Positions 21,730 through 36,340 of a DNA stretch of 64,000 nucleotides are shown piece after piece. The DNA is taken from assembly GCA_014905635.1 (NCBI GenBank), contig JABVCE010000003.1:930001-994000 (forward strand), read 5' to 3'. The stretch is from Scenedesmus sp. PABB004. Taxonomy: Eukaryota. Each line of letters begins with the position of its first letter. Positions within the stretch are counted from its first letter, which is position 1. The notes under the pieces are model-generated. The model made no database searches, was not told where the DNA came from, and saw only the letters and a list, made by a program, of their open reading frames with translations. The translations under genes were made by a program, and so were the position numbers.

Positions 21730-22155
21730 CTAGCCCCGGAAGCGGTCCCACGAGTCCCAAGGGTTGCCCGCGCGGCCGCCGCCACCGATGCCGCCGCCGA
21801 CCGGCGACCGCCAGCTGCCGCCGCCGCCGCCCCAGTTCTGCCAGCTGTCGGGGCCGCCGGCGCCGCCGGCGGGCGTCGCCTCCGAGGACGCCGCGGGCTC
21901 GGCCGCGGGCTCGGCCGGCGCGGCGGCGGCGCCAGGCGCCGCCTCGGCGGCGGCGGCCGCCGCAGGCTCGGCGGTGGCCGCAGGCTCGGCCGGGGCCGTG
22001 AGAACGCCCTCCGTGGGGGCCGTGAGCACGCCCTCCTGGGTGGCCACCGCCTGGGCGGGCTCCTGGAGCAGGCGGCGCGGCGACGACGGCGCTGCGCTCG
22101 CGAGCGCGAACGCCACCGCCAGGAGCGCCGCCAGCGCCAGCGCGCGCGGACGCAT
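21730..22155 (-). CDS. Small single-exon secreted protein: signal peptide, RRLLQ, Ala/Pro/Glu-rich stalk, Trp/Gly-rich tail ending in Gly
   Basis: MRPRALALAALLAVAFALASA-APSSPRRLLQ...PWDSWDRFRG followed by a stop. Coding-like codon usage. Confidence 0.8.
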   Translation of the reverse strand: MRPRALALAALLAVAFALASAAPSSPRRLLQEPAQAVATQEGVLTAPTEGVLTAPAEPAATAEPAAAAAAEAAPGAAAAPAEPAAEPAASSEATPAGGAGGPDSWQNWGGGGGSWRSPVGGGIGGGGRAGNPWDSWDRFRG

Positions 22156-22843
22156 GGCGCGCAAGACTTCTGCGATTACGCGAGTCGCGTACGCGGCAGC
22201 AGCGCGGCATGCGAGTGTGTCGGGGGCGCGGCGGCGTCGGGCCGCGGCGCACCGCCGCGTGCGGGCAGGGCCGATCTCGCGCTGTTGCGTGGCGCATTAA
22301 GCTCGATATCTTTTCCATTTCGGCGCACCGCGCGCACCTTTTCCGGCTCTCTACGGAGCGAGCCTCTGGACAAGTGGCGCCGAACGCGGCGCTGGTGCGC
22401 AGGCCTGCGCGGGCGCCTGGCTGGTCGAAAAGATCTGGTACGCACTCCACGTGACCTCTGGCGCGGTCCACGCGGCGGCGGCGGCCTTGTTGCGGTCGCA
22501 GCGCTCGCTCGTCTTCCGCTCCGCGCGCGTTCCGCCGCCGCACCGCCTGCGCCCACCCTGCGCACAGGGCTACGCGGGGCCATTCATTTGATTAGTAATG
22601 GCTCGAACGGGCAGTGAGTGGCGTGGTGCCGCCTCGTACAGCACCCAAAGAGTGACGCCGAAGTGGTCACCGCGGCGCGTGCTGCCGCGCGAGGCAACCG
22701 CACGTGGCACACGCCCAGGCAGCACAGCACATTAAACAGCAAGGCCCCCCAGTGCTGCTCGAAGCTCAGGCAGAAGGGAGGGCCGTGCAATGTGATCGCT
22801 CGTCGTGCCGCCGCCACATCACGCTCCAATCACGCTCTCTCGC

Positions 22844-27075
<4,232 letters not shown>

Positions 27076-27381
27076 GGCGGCCGGTCCCGCCAGCTGTGGG
27101 CCGCGCCCCCGTGCCCGATGCCGCCCTCAGGGCCGCGGCGCCAGGAGCTCAAGGTGCCTGCTGCCCTTGGGTCTGCACGGCGCCGTCTGCGGCAGCCAGG
27201 CGTCGCGGTGGTGCTGTCAGGACGGCGTGAGTGTGATGGGGCAGCGGCCGAGCTCTGCGCGTGGGCCGGCAGGGCGGGCTCTGCGGGCGCCCGCACCGCG
27301 GTCTGGAGGTGCGGCCAGGGCGCCCGCGGTGCTCGCACAGTCCTGCAGAGATCGATCAAGACCTCACGAGCGTGCCGCGCC

Positions 27382-27823
27382 ATGCTCAAGACCAGCCTAC
27401 GCGCCGCGCCGGGCGCGGCGAGCGCCGGGTGCGGCGCGCGCGCTCGCAGCATGCATGCCCGCGCGCCCTGGCCGCCGCCTCACCGCTCCCGCCTCGCCTG
27501 CAGGCCGCGGCGCGGCGCCGCGCTCCAGCCGCCAGCGCCCAGGCGTGCTGCTGTCGTGGCCCCAGCGGTGAGGCCGCCCGGGCGCGGCGCGCTGCCACGC
27601 GCGGCCATTGCGGCGTGGCCGGGCGGCCGGGCGCCCAGCAGCGGCGCCGGCGCGACGCCGCGCGCCGCGGCGCCGGCAGCGGCGCGCGCTGCTGCTGCGC
27701 CGGGCGCGCGGCGCGGCCACACAGCGCCCGTGCGGCGCCGCGCCTGACCGGCCGGCGCACCCCTCCGCGCCGCAGTACGGCGACTACGACGCGCTGCCGG
27801 CGCGCCCGAGCGGCGAGCGTGGC

Positions 27824-27855
<32 letters not shown>

Positions 27856-30199
27856 CTACCGCGGCCGCGGCGGCGGCGGCCGCGGCGGCGGCTACCGGCA
27901 GCAGCAGCAGGAGGGCGGCTATGGCAGCTACGGCAGCCCTGCGGGCTACGAGCAGCGCCGGTGCGGGCGCGCGCGCTGGGCGCCCGCCCCGCACCGCTGC
28001 GCGGCGGCGCGCATCGACCGCCCCTCGCCGCCGCCCCGCCCCACGCCGCCCGCCCGCCCGCACCGCAGCGGCCCGGTGTCGTACGACGAGGACGGCGGCG
28101 GCTTTGACGGCGGGTCGCGGCCGAGCGGCGGCTTCCGCGGCGGCCGCGGCGGCGGCTTCCGCGGCGGCCGCGGCGGCGGCCGCGGCGACGGCGGCGGCCG
28201 CGGCGAGCGGCGGCCGTTCAACGCTGAGATGGCAGCCGTGAACGAGTCGATCAACACCGCGGGCAGCTGGCGCGAGCTGCAGACCATCCTGGAGCAGCAG
28301 TCGCGCGCGGGCCTGCCTGGGCTCGACCCATTCCAGCTCGTCGCGCTGCTGCTGCAGCTCGTCAACATGAAGACCGAGGGCAAGACGCCGACCGAGGGCG
28401 ACGACGCCGCCGACTTCCAGCAGTTTGTGGCATCGGGTGCGCCCGCGCGCGGCGCCGCCGGCCGCCGGCCGCCGGTCACGCCAGCTGGCCGCCGCCGCCG
28501 CGCCGCCGCAACTCTCACCCGCGCCGCGCCGCCTCACCCGCCGCCGTGCCGCCACCGGCCGCCGCCGCTGGCAGTGTACGGGTGGATGATGGAGCGCATG
28601 CCGCGCTTCCGCCCGCGCCAGGTGTCGAGCGGGCTCTACGCGATCAGCCGCCTGGACCTCTACAACGCGGAGCTCGTCGACGCCCTCGTCGCGGTGCGCG
28701 GCGCGGCGCGCGGCGAGGCGGGGCAGGGGCGGGCGGCGGCAGGCGGGTTCGGGTTGGGGCAGGCAGTGGCAGCCGTGAGCGCCGCCGCGGGCGGAGCGCC
28801 GAGCCCACCGCCGCCGCGCCGCCGCCGCCGCCGCCGCGCGCGCGTGCGCAGGCGTCGCTGCCGCTGCTGGGCGAGTTTGGCGCGATGGAGTACGTGCGCC
28901 TGCTGGACGGCCTCGAGCGCCTGCGCGTGCCGCCCAGCCCCGAGTGGGCAGCCGAGTTCTTCCGGCGCAGCGCCGACCGCATCGTCAAGACCGCCAACCG
29001 CGACGAGCTGCCGGCGATCTTCAGCTTCTGCCAGCGCCTCGGCCTCGCGCCCACGCCGGAGTGGCTCGCGGCGACGACGGACGCGGCGATGCGGCAGCTC
29101 GCGAGCCGCGAGCGCAACATGCGCGCCGCCGAGTTCCGCCGCCTGCTCGTCGGCCTCGCGGGCCTCGGCTGGCGGCCGAGCCCGGAGCAGCTGCAGCTGA
29201 TCGTCGACCGGAGCTACCCGCAGCTGCAGACCGGCTTCTGCCAGGCGAGGCCGCGCGGCACAGCCAGCCACAGCTGCGTGGCTGCAGCAGCGGCTCGGCA
29301 CGCGCCGTCGTGCTGACCGCGCCGGCCGCCGCGCGCAGGTGCACGACCTGGTGGAGATGGCCTGGGCGCTGGCGCAGTGGGAGACGCCGATGCCGCCCAA
29401 CTGGGCCAAGGTGCGAACGCGCTGCCCCGTCTCGCCCGCGCAGCCGCCGCTGCCGCTGCCGGCGCGCGCGACGCCGACCCGCGCCGCCCGCCACCCGCCG
29501 CCCGCCGCCCGCCGCCCGCTGCGCCGCCGCCCGCCGCCCGCCGCGCCGCCGCAGATGTTTGCGTCGGCGATGATGCGCCAGCGGCGCTACTTCCGGCCCG
29601 CCAACCTCGGCGCGCTGCTCTACAGCCTCGCGTACCTCCGCGCCGGCCCGGAGCCGCGCCAGCTGGAGGCGCTGCTGCAGGACCTGCGCATCCAGTTTGA
29701 CGACGCGAGCGGCGACGACCTCGCCAACGTGGCGATGGCACTCGTGCAGTTCCAGTACCGCCCCGAGTGAGCACACGCGCGCGCGCGCGGGGCGCAGCGG
29801 TGGCGGCGTGGCAGGGCGGGCACGGCGGGGCCCCGCGGGCGGCGGGGCCCCGCGCCGCCGCGCGCCGCGCTGCGCGTGACGCGGCGGCCGACGCGGCCGC
29901 GCCACCCCCGCGCCGCCCGCCCCGCCGCCCGCCGCAGCGACCGCTACCTCGATGACCTGCTCATCACAATCAAGCGCAAGATGCCGACCTGCACTGCGAC
30001 GGGGCTGAACAACCTCATCGCCGCGCTGCCCGCGATGGGCAGCGGCGTGCGCATCGGCGAGGTCGCGGCCGAGGCGGTGTCGCGCTACGACGCGCTCATC
30101 GCCGGCCAGGCCACAGGCGGCGCAGCGGCGGTCGAGGCGGCCGACGCGGCGCAGGTCGAGGCCGCGGAGGCGGCGGCCGCGGCGGAGGCGGTCGCGTGA
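27382..30199 (+). CDS. Organelle-targeted octotricopeptide-repeat (OPR)-like RNA-binding protein with N-terminal RGG boxes
   Basis: Transit-peptide-like start MLKTSLRAA. RGG/YRGG segments. Helical repeats of about 38 aa with PPSPEW, PTPEW, RPSPEQ, MPPNW, PEPRQ, and FRPRQVS/FRPANLG/DDLANVAMAL. Confidence 0.75.
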
Positions 30200-30295
30200 G
30201 GCCCGCGGCGCGGTCATCGCCGCCGCGCGTGCGGGCCGCGCCCTGCATCCCAGTGCGAGGGCTGCTGCCGGCCGTGCGGCGCGCCGTCGGCCCGG

Positions 30296-30300
30296 TTACA
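30296..30300 (-). promoter_or_regulatory. TGTAA polyadenylation signal of the Yip1 gene
   Basis: ttaca on the + strand, about 95 nt past the stop at 30393. Confidence 0.6.
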
Positions 30301-30392
30301 GGCCGGCAGGTCCGCGCCTCGCCCTCAGTCCGCGCCGCCGCTCGGGCGGCCTGATCGCGCCGCCGCCGCTCGCTCGGGCAGCGCCCCCGTGC

Positions 30393-31458
30393 TCAGTAGA
30401 CTGTGAGCAGCGCAAAGGAGCCGTACAGCAGGAAGCAGGGCACCAGCACCAGGCTGCGCACCTCGGCGAGCGCGTGGCTGATGCGCGCGAGCACCTTGGC
30501 CGCCGTCAGCGCCGACCACGCGGCCGCGAGCACCGCGAGCACCACGCTCACGGGGCCCCTGCGGCGCGGGCGCGGGGCGGTCAGCGCCGCCCGCGCGCGC
30601 CGCTGCACGCGCGCCACTCGCGCTGCGAGCGCCGCGCGTCGCTGCGCCCCGCGCCGGCGCGCACCGGGGCATGAGCAGCACGCCGAGGCTGAGCAGGATG
30701 AGGGGCAGCAGGCCGTAGCCCACGATGCAGCAGCAGCTGTACAGGTCAAGCGCGCGGTGCTCGGAGGCCTCGTTGCTCGCGATCTGGTTGACCACAAACC
30801 ACAGCACCCCGCTCTGCACCGCGCTCCAGCCGAGCAGCACGCCAAAGTGCATCTTGCCAAGCTGCCGGCGGCGCGGCGCGGCGCGCGTGGGCGCGGGCGC
30901 GGCGCGTGGGCGGGCGCGGCGCGTGCGCGGGGCAGCGCGCGCGGGCGGGCGCCGCTGCGTGGCGCGTGCGCGGCGCGTGAGCGGCGCGTGAGCGGTGCGC
31001 GCGCGCCACGCACCAGCAGGTGCAGGCCGCCGAGCAGGAGCAGGAAGATGAGCGCGCCGCCAAAGTCGAGGTCGTCCAGGCAGGGCGCCCGCATCTGGTG
31101 CAGCAGGATGGCCTTGGTCTTCTGCAGGATGGAGGGGATGTCGATGCCCAGCTCTGCGGCAAACAAGCGGCAAACAAGCGGCAGCGTCGCACGCGCAGTA
31201 GCGTGCTGGCGCGGCGCGCAGCGCAGCGTTCAGCGCGGCGCCGGGCCGCCCGCCGGGCGCCGCACCCTCCAGCAGCGGCGGCTCGTCCTCGAAGCCGCTG
31301 CTGTACGCGGCCGACGCGCCCGCGCCCGGCGGCGGCGCGTAGAACGCGGCGCTGCCGCCGCCGCCGTAGCCGCCGCTGTTCGGGCCCGCGCTGTACCACT
31401 CCATCGGCTGCCCCGCAGCGCTGCCGAAGGAGGGGCTCTGCTTCATGCCAAACTCCAT
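30393..31458 (-). CDS. YIP1: Yip1-domain protein (YIPF5/YIPF7-like), 4 exons
   Basis: FEDEPPLLEELGIDI, DLDFGG, GKMHFG, IVGYGLLPLILLS, LVPCFLLYGSFALLTVY. Confidence 0.93.
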
Positions 31459-32098
31459 CGCGGCGTCACCGCGCCGCGCCGCGGCGCGCCGCCCCGGGCG
31501 CCGCGAGCGCTGGCGCTGGCCGCGAGCAGCGGCGGGCTGCGTGCGGCGTTGCGGCGTGGCCCGGCCCGGCCGCCTGCTGCGCCGCAGGCGTGGAGGTCGA
31601 GCGGCGGGCGCGGTCGCGCGCGGCGGAGCAGGCGCGCGCGCCGGGGGCCTGGCCGCTCCGCGGAGGCGGGCAACCGCCGCTGCGGCGGCAGCGGCGCGGC
31701 TGCTTGGGGCGCCCCTCTGCGGCGTGCGTGGCGTTCGCGTGTTCGCGCTCCGGCGTCGCGGCGCTGTGAGCACGTGGGCAGGACGGACGCAGCTTGGATC
31801 GCGAAGGCAGCAGCAGGGTTTGGCAGCAAACACAAACGAACGCGCGACGCAGCGGCGTGGCGACCCGGCCGGCCGCATGGAGCTGCCGGCAGTCGCTCCT
31901 GCGGCCGCTCTCCAGCCTGAGCACGCGCATACGCCCGCCCAGCGGCCCGCGCCAGCCCGGCACGCAGCAGCGGCGCGCGCCCTGCGCCGGCGTCGACGCG
32001 GCCACGTGGGGGGCGCCCGCCAGCAGCGCCAGCGTGGACGGCAGCAGCAGGCCGCGCGGGGGCTCCCGCTGACCGGGCGGCTGGCGGCGCCCGCCGCC

Positions 32099-34790
32099 AT
32101 GGCCGACGACGCGCCGGGCAGCGCCCCGAGCGCAGCGGACACGGTGCACGCCACCAACTTGGCGACCGCCGTGCTCGTCGTCCTGCTCGTGGCCTGGGCG
32201 CTCGGCGGGCACCAGCTCGCTGCGAAGAGCCGGCACCTGACCGAGGCGGGCGCGGCGGCGGGGCTCGGCCTCGCGACGGGCTTCGTGCTGCTGCTGCTGC
32301 GCGCCATGGGCGCCGCGGGCGTCGTCACGGGGCTGCTGGAGTTCAGCGCCGCCGGCTTCTTCACCTACCTGCTGCCGCCGGTCATATTCTTCTGCGGCCT
32401 CTCCGTCGACCGCGCCGCGTTCTTCAAGTCGCTGCCATCCATCCTGCTCTTTGGCGTCGCCGGCACGCTCGTGTCGTTTGTCATCATCGCGCTCTTCACC
32501 TACCTGGCGCTGGGCTTCGCGATGTTCAAGCTCGAGGCGCGGCCGCCGCGGGGGCGGAGGGCGGAGGCGCTGGACGCGGGGCGCGAGGCGGGGCGAGAGG
32601 CGGGGCGAGAGGCGGGGCGAGAGGCAGGCGAACACGCTGCGCCGACGCGCGCGACGGCCCGCCGCCCCCGCAGGACTGCCTCGCGCTGGGCGCCATCTTT
32701 GCGGCGACGGACAGCGTCGCGACGCTGCAGGTGCTCGACCGCGAGGCGATGCCGGGGCTGTTCTCCCTCGTCTTTGGCGAGGGCGTCGTGAATGACGCGG
32801 TCAGCGTGGTGCTGCTCGGCTCGGTCGCCGCGACCGCGCGCGCGCGCGCCGGCGCCGGCGCGGCCGCGCCCCACAGCGGCGCGTTTGCGGGCGGCGTGGT
32901 CGCAAACTTCATCTGGCAGCTTGGAACCAGCCTCGTGCTCGGCGCGGCGGCAGGGCTGGGCATCGCGGCGGCGCTCCGCCGGCTGACCATCACCGAGCCC
33001 CACCAGGTGCGGGGCACGGCGCCGCGCTCAGCCCTCTGTCCCTCCCTCAGCCCTCTCTCCCTCTCTCCCCCTCTCTCCCCCTCTCTCCCCCTCGCCCGCG
33101 CGCCCCTCCGCCGGCCGCCCACCTCCCGCCGCCCCTCCCCCGCCCGCTCCTGCGAGCACAGGAGCTGGCCGTCATAACGCTGCTGAGCTACCTCAGCTAT
33201 CTCCTGGCCGACGTGATGGGCCTCTCAGGCATACTCGCGCTCTTCGTGTGCGGCGCCGCAGTCTCACACTACGCGCTGCACAACATCAGCGAAACGGCGC
33301 GCCGCGTCGCGTCGCGTCGCGTCGCGCGCACACACACCCGCGGCGCCGCCGCGCGCGCCGCCGGGCCGCTCCCGCGCGCGCCCGCACGTCGAGCGCGCCG
33401 CGCGCGCTGCGTGCCGCAGGGCCGCGTGGCGGTGATGACGAGCTGCCGCACCGCGTCGTCGCTGGCGGAGGGGCTGATCTTCATTTACGTGGGCATGGAC
33501 TCGCTCGACCCGCTCAAGTGGAAGGTGGGCAGGCGCGGCGCGGCGCCCGCCCACCTTCCAGCGCGCGCCGCGGCGACACGCGCTCCCCGAGGCTCTCCCT
33601 CGCGCGCGCCCTCGCTCTCGGCCCAAACGGCACGCCGCCGCCGCCGCCGCGCGCAGGGCGCCAACGCCGCGGAGGCGCTGTGGCTCGTCGCCGTGCTGAC
33701 CGCGGTGCTCGCCGCCGCGCGCGCCGCGTTCGTCCTCCCGTTTTCGTTCGTGCACAACCGCTGGGCAGCGCCGGGCGACCGCCTGAGCAGCCGGGAGGTC
33801 GTGGTCGTGTGGTGGGCGGGTGCGTGCCATCACACGGCGGCGGCGGCGCGCTGCTGCGGCCCGGCGCCTAGCCCGCGCCGGCGGCGCGCCGCGACCCCCG
33901 GCCGCCCCGACCCGCCCCGCCGCGCCCCGCGCCGCGCCGCGCCGCCCCGCCCCCGCATGGCCGCGCTCACGCTGCCGCCGCCGCTGCCGCCCCCGTGGCG
34001 CAGGTCTGATGCGCGGCGCGGTGAGCGTGGCGCTGACGTACTATTACTTTGAGGACAACCCGCGCGCCCAGCTCGACCGCGGGCGCGCGACGCTCATCGT
34101 GTCGACGCTGATGGCGGTGATGCTCAGCATCTGCGGCTGCGGCGCGCTCACCAAGCCCCTGCTCGAGGCGATGCTGCGCGGCGGCGACGGGCCGCTGCGG
34201 GACCAGCTGCGCACGATCCCGCTGCTCGGGTGGGCCCGCGCGCCGCCGCCGCGGCCCCGCACGCGCCGCCACGGCGAGCCGGCCCCTGACACCTCGGCCG
34301 TCCCGCGCCGCCGCGCGCCGCGTCGCGCAGCACGCTCGCGCGTGACGACAGCAGCGCCACGCTGCTGATCGAGCAGCTGGACAGGGTCGGCGGCGGCGGC
34401 GGGAGCGGTGGCGGCAGCGGCGCGCTCGGCGGGCGCGGGGCAGCGGAGGCAGCGTCCAGCTGGGGCGCGGCCGCGCCCAGTCGCCTGGCTCCTGGCTCTG
34501 CGGTGGGCGCCGCGGCGGTGGAGCAGCAGCAGCCCGCGGGCGGCCCCGCGCCTGCACTGGAGATGCGGGGCGCGGGCGGCGCGGGCGGGGGGAGTGCAGT
34601 GCTGGGCGCGATTGGTGTGGCCTTGCGGGACTTTGACGCGGCTGTCATGCGGCCGACGTTTGGCGGCCCCGGAGCCAGCGCTGCTGGCGGCGGCGGCCCA
34701 GGCAGCGGCGGCCCCGGCGGCCCCCGCGGCGGCGGCCCTGGCGGCGGTGCCGGCAGCGGCGGCGGCGGCGGCGGCGACTTGCTGCTGTGA
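32099..34790 (+). CDS. NHX: Vacuolar-type Na+(K+)/H+ exchanger NHX (CPA1 family), about 8 exons
   Basis: FFTYLLPPVIF (amiloride site), GAIFAATDSVATLQVL, LVFGEGVVNDAVSVVL, LSGILALFVCG, FIYVGMD, WWAGLMRGAVSVAL, and C-terminal DFDAAVMRPTFGG. Confidence 0.95.
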
Positions 34791-35040
34791 GCGAGCTCTG
34801 GGGCGTCGGGCTGGCCCCGCGGCGTGGGTCGCTGCGCACGCTTGCAAGTTGCTCGCAGCGCGCGGGCGGCTGCGATGTTCCAGCAGCACACCCCCGCAGT
34901 CAGCTGCACTCAGCTCGCTGCTCGCTCCGCTCCACGCAGCTGCTCCTGCGCCGCCAGCCGCCGCGCGCCAGCAAACACCGCCGCCTCGGCCTCTGCGCGC
35001 AGCGGCAGCGCAGCGCGAGGCGGGCAGAGTGAGCGCACGC

Positions 35041-35939
35041 TCACACGCCGCTGCTGCGAGTGCGCGGCCGGCGGCCCCGCCACCCGTGCGCGGCCGCACC
35101 CGGGAAGGCCTCCCCGCCGAATAGCACGCGGCTGGCGAGCGGCGCGGGCATGTGCACCAGCGGCGGTATGCTGCGCTCCGTGGACGCGCACGCGCTGGGC
35201 AGCCCCAGCTGCGTGATCCACTTGCTGCGCGCGTCTGCGGCGGCGGCGACGCGAGTGGCGGCTGCTCGCCGCGCCTGCGCCGCCGCCGCCACCACACCGC
35301 GCGCTCGGTGCCGGGCGCGCACCGTGGATGGTCGCCGGGTGCGTGGGCGCCGGCACCGACATCATGTTCAGGCTGTGGCGGCGCGGGGCGGCGGGCAGCG
35401 GGCGGCGCGTGGGCACGCAGCGCGAGCAGGAGCAGCAGCTGCTGCTGTTGTGCCTGGACACTTTTTCGTCTGCTGCGTGCGCTGCCGCCGCTGCGGCCGC
35501 ACCTCTCGTAGGCCCAGTAAACAAACAGCACCGTCAGCAGCAGGTGGCTGGGCAGGATGAGCGCCCACGCCCTGCGCGGACGCCAGCCGCGCGGTGGCGG
35601 CGGCGCCGCGCCGCGCAGCCGCCCGAAACGCGCGCTGCGCAGCGCGCCGCGGGCGCACCTGCTCGGGTACCAGTGCACGCCCACCGCGCGCAGCGCGGCG
35701 TCCGGAAGGAAAGCCCACAGGCAGTAGACCACTGCGGGCGCGGCGCGGCGCGTGGGCGGCACGGAGAGGTGCAGGCGGGGCGCGGGCGCGGCGCGGCGCG
35801 CACCGAACGCCGCTGCCGACGCGATCCAGCCGACGAAGCCGTACACCTCCACGCTGCTCGCCCCGCGGCGCGCCCGGGGCTGCCCCGCGCCCGGGGCGGC
35901 GGCCGGCAGCGGCGGCGCGCCGCCCGGGCCGGCGTCCAT
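35041..35939 (-). CDS. PIGP: PIG-P subunit of GPI-GlcNAc transferase, 5 exons
   Basis: EVYGFVGWI, YCLWAFLPD..L..VGVHWYPSRAWALILP, SIPPLVHMP..SRVLF. Confidence 0.9.
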
Positions 35940-36340
35940 CGCGCGGCGCGGCGTGCGGGGGCGAGCAGCGGCGGCGGCGGTGGTGGCCGCCGCTCCCGCT
36001 GCTGATGCTTCGCCTGCGCCTGCGCCTGCCGTCGGCTGATTCGGTGGGGCGCCGGTGGCGCTTGTGGGGCGCCTGGGGCGGCGGACGCGACCGGGCGTCG
36101 CCGTCGTTTGCGCCGCCGTGACGAGAACCCCGCCGCCATACCGCAGGCCTACCCCACCGCGCAGGCGGCTCCGCACACTCGCTGGGCAGGTTGACGGACT
36201 GCGCCGCGCGCTCGCCGCCGACGCCAGGCCACACGCGCTGCCGGCGCTGCAGCGCCCGGCCGCCGCCGCTCCTCCCCGGGGCCGCCGCGGCCGCCCGTTC
36301 TGACGCCCAGGCCACGCACTTGCTCGTTCCGAACGATCAA

